Of a DNA stretch of 64,000 bases, positions 27,948 to 35,515 are shown piece by piece. Source of the stretch: Minisyncoccota bacterium. GTDB taxonomy: Bacteria > Patescibacteriota > Minisyncoccia > Phycocordibacterales > DATDWN01. The notes beneath the pieces were generated by a model. The model did not search any database. It had not been told where the DNA came from and saw nothing but the letters and a program-made list of their open reading frames with translations. Every line of letters begins with the position of its first letter. The first letter of the stretch is position 1. A program made the translations under genes and the position numbers. Where the stretch lies: the NCBI GenBank assembly GCA_041658985.1, contig JBAZZC010000004.1, positions 20,221-84,220 on the forward strand, read 5' to 3'.

Positions 27948-28018
27948 GGGCCTATAGTTCAGTGGTAGAATTTTCCTCTCCAAAAGGAAAGACCGGGGTT
28001 CGAATCCTCGTGGGCCCG
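27948..28018 (+). tRNA. tRNA-Trp(CCA)
   Basis: Acceptor GGGCCTA/TGGGCCC, anticodon stem TTCCT with loop CTCCAAA, T-loop GGTTCGAATCC. Confidence 0.8.
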
Positions 28019-28926
28019 CAAAAGACACCAACTTCTTTATCTATATTCTTTGTTTTGTTTGGTGTGAACCACTTAATTTTTTTATCTCTCTTGAACCAAG
28101 TCATTTGGCGTTTTGCATAGTGCCAAATTTCTACTTCTAATCGTGTAAAGAATTCCTTTTTTGTTAACTTTTTTTGTAGAAGAAATGCTAAATATCTATA
28201 TTCCAATCCAAGCTCACACATTCTTTTCCACGACAAGCCGTTTTTATGTAAACTTATCGCTTCTCGTATCATCCCAGCATTTACACGAGCAATCAGACGG
28301 TTGTGAATTTTCTCCCTTAATTTTTTATCTGGTAATACTAACCCAATTTGAAGTATGTCAAAGATGCCCTTTGACACAGATTTTAAAGGCGGGACAGAAC
28401 CAATAGCCGTGGCTATTTCTATTGCTCGTATTAGTCTTGCTCTGTTTTTTATGTCTATGTTTGAAAACCGTCTTAGGTCTAGCTTTGCTAATATTTTTTG
28501 TAGATTTTCCAAACTGTTTTTTCCTAGCTTTTTTCGCAGTATTTTGTTTGGTGGTACTTCTGGTAAAACCACACTTTCTACTATTGATTGTATATAAAAT
28601 CCTGTGCCACCACATATAATTGGCAGTTTACCTTGCTCATGGATTTCTTTAATTATTTTCTCGGTTTGTTCTTTCCACTCTGCGATTGTAAAAGTTTTTT
28701 TGGGAGAAACCACATCAAGCATGTGGTGGGGAATACCCAGCATTTCTTTTTTTGTGATTTTACCTGTTCCAAGGTCTAATCTCTTATAAACCTGTCTTGA
28801 ATCAGCAGAAACAACCTCACCATTAAATTTTTTAGCAAGTTTGACCGCTAGACCACTTTTTCCTGTAGCAGTAGGCCCGAGGATTACCAAGATTTTATTA
28901 CGTTTTTTTGTTGATTTTTGAGTCAT
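27952..28926 (-). CDS. miaA: tRNA dimethylallyltransferase
   Basis: ILVILGPTATGKS P-loop, DSRQVYKRLDLGTGK. The C-terminal ORF extension overlaps tRNA-Trp on the opposite strand, so the true stop may be earlier. Confidence 0.85.
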   Translation of the reverse strand: MTQKSTKKRNKILVILGPTATGKSGLAVKLAKKFNGEVVSADSRQVYKRLDLGTGKITKKEMLGIPHHMLDVVSPKKTFTIAEWKEQTEKIIKEIHEQGKLPIICGGTGFYIQSIVESVVLPEVPPNKILRKKLGKNSLENLQKILAKLDLRRFSNIDIKNRARLIRAIEIATAIGSVPPLKSVSKGIFDILQIGLVLPDKKLREKIHNRLIARVNAGMIREAISLHKNGLSWKRMCELGLEYRYLAFLLQKKLTKKEFFTRLEVEIWHYAKRQMTWFKRDKKIKWFTPNKTKNIDKEVGVFCGPTRIRTPVFPFGEENSTTEL

Positions 28927-28948
28927 TTTCAGTTACTATAACACACAA

Positions 28949-29035
28949 GCCGAGGTGATGAAATTGGTATACATGCGACACTCAAAATGTCGTGGGCGCA
29001 AGTCCGTGAGGGTTCAAGTCCCTCCCTCGGCACCA
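28949..29035 (+). tRNA. tRNA-Leu(CAA), type II
   Basis: Acceptor GCCGAGG/CCTCGGC, anticodon stem CGACA with loop CTCAAAA, long variable arm, T-loop GGTTCAAGTCC, encoded CCA. Confidence 0.8.
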
Positions 29036-29613
29036 TGCTAAAAAGAGTAAGTAGTGATAAAAAGCTACATGCTTATATTGTTGGTTTGGTTCTCGGTGAC
29101 GGAAATTTGTCTAATCCAAATGGTCGTGCAGTGAGACTTAGAATCACTTGTGACAAAAAGTATCCTGAACTTCACCGATATATTCTTTCTTCTTTGCAAA
29201 AATTTTTGCCAGACAACAAGGTCTTTATATCTTACCGTAAAAATTGTTTAGATGTAACATGCTACTCAAATATGTTAGAAAAATTGCTTGGCTGGAAAGC
29301 AAAAGGTGGTTCAAAGTATGCTCAAATGGTTGAGATTCCAAAATGGATTTTGAGAAATAAAATATATACAAAAGAATGTCTAAGAGGAATTATTCAGACA
29401 GATGGTTCTATTTATAAAGACAGAGGTTATTTAATGGTAAATATCACTAGCAGTATCCCTTCTCTTGCTGAAAGTGTTGTTTTAGGAATAAAAAGTATTG
29501 GTTATAAACCAAATATACAACCCCATCAAGATCCTAGAAAAATTAAATACACAATAAGAATTTCAAAAAACACTCAAAAGTTTATTGATGACATTGGGGT
29601 GTGGAAAAGATAG
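29036..29613 (+). CDS. LAGLIDADG homing endonuclease (two-motif), starting at the first nt after tRNA-Leu(CAA)
   Basis: Motifs YIVGLVLGDGNLS and LRGIIQTDGSIY. ATG at 29036 directly abuts the tRNA CCA end. The ORF-track entry 28987.. is an upstream extension through the tRNA. Confidence 0.7.
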
Positions 29614-29624
29614 TTTTATTTTAC

Positions 29625-31079
29625 CTAAAAATCAATTTTTAAATTTTTTCTTAACTCTTCTCCATCAGAATAATGAATCTGATATCCGTCCATAATTTGA
29701 TATTGTTCAGGACCTTTTCCGGCCAATAACACAATATCATTAGGTCTAGCCATAGCGCAGGCTTTAGCCACTGCTTTTTCCCGGTCAGCGATACATTGAT
29801 AATTTTTTTGAGGCAGGTCTTTTACAATGTCTTGTAAAATATGTTCTGGGTCTTCGCTTCTGGGATTATCGGATGAAAAGAAAACGTAGTCGGATAAAGA
29901 ACAAGCAATAGAGCCCATGGGTTCTCTTTTTGTTAAATCACGCTCACCTCCACATCCAACTACCGTAATAATTTTTCCATTTTTTGTTTTTATCTTAATA
30001 AGTGTTTCTAAAACATTTTGTAGGGCGTCTGGTGTATGAGCATAATCAATCACACCGTAAACGCCAGAATTTGATTTTAAAAATTCTAACCTTCCAGCTG
30101 GAGCAGAAAGTGAAGAAATTAAGGGTATAATCTTATCAACTGATATTCCAAGAAGAACGGCTGATTCAAATATCCCTAAAAAATTAGATGCATTATATTT
30201 TCCAATAAGTTTGGTGTGCACTTCTTTCCCGTTTATTAAAATTGTTTGACCATTGATAGATTGGGCCATTATTTTACCAACAAAATCAGCATCAGATTTT
30301 TCTTTCAAGGAGAAAAAATATTTTTTTGCCAAAGTATTACGAAGTAGGTACTGAGCTCTTTCATCATCGCCGTTTCCAAGAGCAAAAGCCGTTTCTGGCA
30401 ATCTATCAAAAAATTGTTTTTTTGCTTTAGCATATTCATCCAAGGTTTTGTGATAATCAAGGTGGTCATGTGTAAGATTTGTAAATATAGCACCAGCAAA
30501 ATGTAAGCCGTCTATACGTCTCTGGTTTATGGCGTGCGAGGAACATTCCATAAAGGTGTAAGTGCAACCTTTTGATACGGCAGAGGCTAAAAGTGAGGCA
30601 ATACTAACCGGGTCCGGGGTTGTTTGAAAGGTCTCATAAATCTCATCATCAATCTTGTTTTCAATTGTGGAGATTAGTGCACAGTGAAATCCTAATTGAC
30701 GAAATAAATTAAAAAGTAGAGTGGCTATGGTAGTTTTCCCGTTTGTTCCAGTTACTCCTACTAAACGTAATTTTTGTGACGGGTTGTCGTAAAAGTTATT
30801 AGCCATTATCGCCAGAGCGGAACGAGCATTTTTGACGTGTATATAAACAATTCCAGTTTTTTTGTTCTTGTGTTCCGTTTCGTGAACAATAGCTATGGCT
30901 CCTTTTTGTATGGCCTCATCTATAAACTGATTGCCGTCTTTCGTGGTTCCTTTGATGGCCACAAAAAGAGATTGATCTAATGTTTTTCGTGAATTAAAAT
31001 TAATTGAAAAGACAGAAGTTGTGTTGTCCCCGATAATATTTACTATCTCCACACCAACAAGTAATTTCGAGATTTCCAT
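29625..31079 (-). CDS. murE: UDP-N-acetylmuramoyl-L-alanyl-D-glutamate--2,6-diaminopimelate ligase
   Basis: Mur ligase VGVTGTNGKTTIATLL and DYAHTPDAL. Confidence 0.85.
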   Translation of the reverse strand: MEISKLLVGVEIVNIIGDNTTSVFSINFNSRKTLDQSLFVAIKGTTKDGNQFIDEAIQKGAIAIVHETEHKNKKTGIVYIHVKNARSALAIMANNFYDNPSQKLRLVGVTGTNGKTTIATLLFNLFRQLGFHCALISTIENKIDDEIYETFQTTPDPVSIASLLASAVSKGCTYTFMECSSHAINQRRIDGLHFAGAIFTNLTHDHLDYHKTLDEYAKAKKQFFDRLPETAFALGNGDDERAQYLLRNTLAKKYFFSLKEKSDADFVGKIMAQSINGQTILINGKEVHTKLIGKYNASNFLGIFESAVLLGISVDKIIPLISSLSAPAGRLEFLKSNSGVYGVIDYAHTPDALQNVLETLIKIKTKNGKIITVVGCGGERDLTKREPMGSIACSLSDYVFFSSDNPRSEDPEHILQDIVKDLPQKNYQCIADREKAVAKACAMARPNDIVLLAGKGPEQYQIMDGYQIHYSDGEELRKNLKIDF

Positions 31080-31080
31080 C

Positions 31081-32412
31081 TTAAGAATTATTAAGTAAAG
31101 TTACATCCGCCCCAATAGTATTTAGTCTTTTGGCTATGTTTTCATAACCGCGATTAATTGAATAAACATTTCGCAAAATTGATGTGCCCTTAGCTCCTAA
31201 CATTGCTACGAGAACAATCGTGGCTGGGCGCAGAGCTGGTGGACAAATAACCTGGTTTCCTTTTAATTCAGTTGGACCAGTAACCAAGACCCTGTGTTGG
31301 TCAGCTAGAACAATATTTGCTCCAAGTCGATTAAGCTCTGTGAAATAAATTGCTCGGTTTTCCCACATCCAATCATGAATAAGTGTTGTGCCTTTTGCTT
31401 GGGTAGTTATTGGCACAAAGAACGGCAGATTGTCCGAATTTATTCCTGGGTATGCTGACGCATGCACCTTGTCATTTAAGGCATTCAATTTAGACGGATA
31501 GGCCGTGATATCACACAGTCTGGTATGCTTATTTTTAGCTAAGTATATTTTTGATTTATGGTATTTTAGGCCCATTTTTTCTAGTTTTAATAACTCAAGA
31601 GAAAGAAAATCAATTGGGCATCTTGTGATTAATAATTTGGAGTTTGTGACAATAGCCGATGCAATAAACATCATGGATTCAGTAGGGTCTTCACTGTTGT
31701 AATATTCAACTGGTGTATTTATTTCTTTTACTCCATGTATTACAAGTGTAGAGGTGCCAATACCATCTATTTTTACTCCACATTTTTCCAAGAAAAAACA
31801 GACCTCTTGGACTTGATAGTTGGGTGGGGTGAACCGAAGTGTGGTAATGCCTGGAATCAATGCTGAAGCGATTAATAGGTTTTCTGTGGCCGTATCGCTG
31901 GCCTCATACAAAACAATATCAGCTGGTTTTAATTTTTTGCACTTAATTTGATGAACTGCTTCTTTGGTAACAATTTTTACACCAAAAGATTCAAGTCCGT
32001 ATCTGTGAGCGGCAATAGTTCTCTGTCCCATTTTGCATCCACCGGCATGTGGAAGCTCAAAACTATTTTTAAAATGTATTAAAGCTCCAATCATCATTAA
32101 GACAGAGCGAATACGAGAAGAAGAGTTATTGTCCATCTTTTTTAGATTGAATTTTTTAGGTGGTATAATTTTTACCGAGTTATGTTTTATCCATTCAACT
32201 TTTACGCCAATACTTTCAAATATCTCAATAATTCGGGATATTTCTTCTATCCGAGGAATTCCATGAAGTACTGTAATTTGTTTATTTAAAAGAGATGCGC
32301 AGAATAGACCAAGAGCACCGTTTTTAGATGTGTTTGTTTGTATGGTACCGGAAAGTTTTCTACCACCCACTATTTTGAAATCGTCAGTATCGTTTTTTGG
32401 TTTACTTTTCAT
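31081..32412 (-). CDS. murA: UDP-N-acetylglucosamine 1-carboxyvinyltransferase
   Basis: EPSP-synthase fold. KISGTIQ..KNGALGLFCASLL, and the active-site loop HAGGCKMGQRTIAAH containing the MurA Cys. Confidence 0.9.
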   Translation of the reverse strand: MKSKPKNDTDDFKIVGGRKLSGTIQTNTSKNGALGLFCASLLNKQITVLHGIPRIEEISRIIEIFESIGVKVEWIKHNSVKIIPPKKFNLKKMDNNSSSRIRSVLMMIGALIHFKNSFELPHAGGCKMGQRTIAAHRYGLESFGVKIVTKEAVHQIKCKKLKPADIVLYEASDTATENLLIASALIPGITTLRFTPPNYQVQEVCFFLEKCGVKIDGIGTSTLVIHGVKEINTPVEYYNSEDPTESMMFIASAIVTNSKLLITRCPIDFLSLELLKLEKMGLKYHKSKIYLAKNKHTRLCDITAYPSKLNALNDKVHASAYPGINSDNLPFFVPITTQAKGTTLIHDWMWENRAIYFTELNRLGANIVLADQHRVLVTGPTELKGNQVICPPALRPATIVLVAMLGAKGTSILRNVYSINRGYENIAKRLNTIGADVTLLNNS

Positions 32413-32520
32413 AGTGGGATTATAACATATTTTATGTTTATCAAATTTGTGATAAACTAGAGATGTCGTTCTTGTATTTTCTTTATAACTTTTTACCTTA
32501 TAACTTTATAACTAATTTTC

Positions 32521-33564
32521 ATGTCACAGTTTTATAATGATTCAATTTTTTGGATTGATGTAGAAAAAATACACCCGAACCCTTTTCAACCAAGAAGGGA
32601 ATTTGACCAGGCCCAACTTCAAAGTCTGTCTGATTCAATTCGCCAATACGGAGTGCTTCAGGCCCTCGTTGTTACCCGCAAAGAAGTTCCTAAAGAGGAC
32701 GGTGGTCTTGCCGTTGAATATGAATTAATAGCAGGAGAGAGACGTCTACGAGCGGCTAAGATGGCTGGTCTTTCACAGGTGCCAGTTCTTATAAAAGTTG
32801 GTGATGAGGAAAACGATTTGATGAAACTAGAGCTTGCTATTATAGAAAACATTCAACGTGAAGATTTAAATCCAGTAGATCGCTCTCGTGCTTTTCAGCG
32901 TTTGATAGATGAGTTTGGTTTTAAACACGTAGAAATTGCAAAAAAAGTTGGCAAGAGCCGGGAGTACGTTTCTAACTCAGTTCGTCTGCTATCTTTACCT
33001 TCGGAAATCTTAGACGCATTATCACAGGGTAAAATTTCTGAGGGTCATGCAAGACCTCTCATGATGCTTGGTGACAGGTTGGATGAGCAGATGACTTTGT
33101 TTAAAGAAATAATGTTTAAAAAATTGACGGTGCGAGAAGCCGAAGCTATTGGTCGTCGCGTTGCCTATGATAAAATTCGCAAAAAGGGAGCCACTCTTGA
33201 CCCAGAAACCCAAGAATTAGAGGAAAAACTAACAGAAACATTAGGTACAAGAGTTTCCATAGAAAAACGAGAAAACGGTGGGAAGATTTTAATAGATTTT
33301 TTCTCTGCAGATGATTTACGGGACATTCTTACACTTCTTGAAACTAACAAGGCGAAATCTCCAACCGAAAGATTGGACAAACATATAGAGAAAAATCCCG
33401 TTCCACCAAAAAATGAATTTATTCCTAATTATGTCAGAGACCCAGGGTTAGCAGATTTGACCGTAGAGGATCTGAATGGTTTAGACGACAGAACTCCAGA
33501 ACAAAAAAATCAGGATGAAAATAGCGAGGAGGAAATTTACTCAATCAAAAACTTCAGTATCTAG
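32521..33564 (+). CDS. parB: ParB/Spo0J-family partition protein
   Basis: ParB N-domain IHPNPFQPRREF, GERRLRAAKMAGL, and an HTH region. Confidence 0.85.
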   Translation: MSQFYNDSIFWIDVEKIHPNPFQPRREFDQAQLQSLSDSIRQYGVLQALVVTRKEVPKEDGGLAVEYELIAGERRLRAAKMAGLSQVPVLIKVGDEENDLMKLELAIIENIQREDLNPVDRSRAFQRLIDEFGFKHVEIAKKVGKSREYVSNSVRLLSLPSEILDALSQGKISEGHARPLMMLGDRLDEQMTLFKEIMFKKLTVREAEAIGRRVAYDKIRKKGATLDPETQELEEKLTETLGTRVSIEKRENGGKILIDFFSADDLRDILTLLETNKAKSPTERLDKHIEKNPVPPKNEFIPNYVRDPGLADLTVEDLNGLDDRTPEQKNQDENSEEEIYSIKNFSI

Positions 33565-33566
33565 CT

Positions 33567-35081
33567 TTATTTTTTGTTTCTTTCTAGAAAATTATTAATT
33601 CTTCTTCTTGCTATAGTTGTTTTACAGTCCTCAAGCCATTTGATACTTGGCTTTGAATTTTTCTTAGTCTCTATCTCTACTCGGTCTCCATTCTGGAGAA
33701 TCGTTTCGATTGAAACAAACTTGCCGTTTACTTTAGCGCCAGACATGTGATCACCTACATCTGTGTGTATTGCATATGCAAAATCAATAACTGAAGAATT
33801 TTTTGGCAAATCTATAACATCTCCGATTGGTGTGAAGACAAAAATCCTTTCCTCAAAAAAGTCACTTTTTACCTCCTCAATAAAACGTTCGCCGGCTTCT
33901 TTTTGGTACTCAACAAGCTCTTTTACCCAGTTTGGAACATCATCCGAAATATTATGGTTGTTTGGGTTTTTACTATTACTTTTCTGTGGCAGAATTTTTG
34001 TGACCCACAAAAGATTTGGATTGGTTACCTTTTTTACACTTTCCTTATATGACAAATGAGAAGCAATACCATACTCCGCTTCTTTATGCATCTCTTCTGT
34101 TCTAATCTGAACCTCAATAATACCTCCATCGCCAGAAAATATGGTTGTGTGTAATGATCTATACCCGTTTATTTTTGGGGAAGCGATATAGTCTTTTATT
34201 CTCTCTGGTAGCGGTCTCCAAGCACCATGAATTATTCCAAGAACCCTATAACAATCAGAGACTTCTGGTACAGTTATACGCATAGCTGAAATATCGTAAA
34301 TAGTTTCGACATTACCTTTGTATTTTTGTAATTTTTTATATAGTGAATACAACCCCTTTACTCTATGGTCAATTTTAAAACTTGTTATATTATTTTTGGC
34401 TAATTCTTTTTTAACTAGTTTCTCAAATTTTTCTAAATATCTTTCCTGCTCTTCTCTTTTTGCATTAAGTAGCTCTTTGGTTTTTTTGTGGTCTTCTTTA
34501 TAAACATAAGCAAAAGCCAAATCTTCCAATTCTCTTTGGAGTTTTTTTATACCAAGACGACTGGCGATAGAGGCGTATATTTCTAAAGTTTCTATTGCTA
34601 TTCTTAATTGTTTTTCTTGTGAGACATATTCCAATGTTTGCATATTGTGTAATCTGTCACAGAGCTTGACGATAAGCACTCTAATATCCTGCGACATTGC
34701 AATGAACAGTTTACGCAAACTCTCGTTGTATCTTTGGGTACCACGATATTTTATTTCTCCAAGTTTTGTTACTCCGTCTACCAGAAACAATATTTCTTCG
34801 CCAAATTCCTTTTTTATTTCCTCTGGTTGTGTCTTGGTGTCTTCTAGTAAATCATGCAAAAAGCCGACCGAGATGGTAGTTGCGGTCATTCCAAGCTCGG
34901 CGATATTTTTTGCTGTGGCAAATAGGTGAGTTATATATTCGTCCCCACTATTTCTCTTTTGTCCTCTGTGAGCATTCTCGGCGAAACTGTAGGCTTTCTG
35001 TATAAGCCCGATGTCAGCCTCCGTTGGGTTCTGCATGAGGGAAATTATCTCTTTTATGTCCTTCATATTCGGATTATACAT
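33567..35081 (-). CDS. bifunctional (p)ppGpp synthetase/hydrolase, RelA/SpoT family
   Basis: HD domain HRGQKRNSGDEYITHL...HDLLEDT. Synthetase domain with YRSLHTTI. Confidence 0.9.
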   Translation of the reverse strand: MYNPNMKDIKEIISLMQNPTEADIGLIQKAYSFAENAHRGQKRNSGDEYITHLFATAKNIAELGMTATTISVGFLHDLLEDTKTQPEEIKKEFGEEILFLVDGVTKLGEIKYRGTQRYNESLRKLFIAMSQDIRVLIVKLCDRLHNMQTLEYVSQEKQLRIAIETLEIYASIASRLGIKKLQRELEDLAFAYVYKEDHKKTKELLNAKREEQERYLEKFEKLVKKELAKNNITSFKIDHRVKGLYSLYKKLQKYKGNVETIYDISAMRITVPEVSDCYRVLGIIHGAWRPLPERIKDYIASPKINGYRSLHTTIFSGDGGIIEVQIRTEEMHKEAEYGIASHLSYKESVKKVTNPNLLWVTKILPQKSNSKNPNNHNISDDVPNWVKELVEYQKEAGERFIEEVKSDFFEERIFVFTPIGDVIDLPKNSSVIDFAYAIHTDVGDHMSGAKVNGKFVSIETILQNGDRVEIETKKNSKPSIKWLEDCKTTIARRRINNFLERNKK

Positions 35082-35175
35082 TAAAACACATTAAAGTGAA
35101 GATGTTGTTGACTTTTTGTTTAAATTACATTATTACTTTGTTTAGAGGGCAGGGTTTTGCCCGGGGAGGTTTCCA

Positions 35176-35442
35176 GTGTTATTGTTAGAAGATTACACAA
35201 CCCTACTCAGATGGACCCTCTTGGTTAAGGGTGTTATCTGGATGGTCGTTTTCACGGCCATCATCATGGTTTGCGTCGGCTGGAGGCCGTGGCACAGGTG
35301 TGTTCACTGCCAGAGTCGGCTCGTCTTTTGGCGGGACAAGATGACCACCATCATGACGTGTAGTGTTATTGAATACCACCAAAGAGGTTGGTGGAGGTGT
35401 CTTTGGTGCTGGAAACGAGAAATCAACTTCCGGCCCCAATGA
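35176..35442 (+). CDS. GC-rich small Cys/Trp-rich hypothetical protein. It is uncertain which strand is coding; the minus-strand ORF 35203..35445 is Pro-rich.
   Basis: ~360-bp GC-rich block between rel and topA. The plus-strand ORF is followed by an 11-bp-stem hairpin plus T-run at 35451-35517. Confidence 0.25.
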   Translation: MLLLEDYTTLLRWTLLVKGVIWMVVFTAIIMVCVGWRPWHRCVHCQSRLVFWRDKMTTIMTCSVIEYHQRGWWRCLWCWKREINFRPQ

Positions 35443-35515
35443 CACTCCCAGGCCTCAACAGAAAAGAACTTCGCGCTTCGTGCACGGGGTCCTCATACTG
35501 TTGAGGCCTTTTCTG

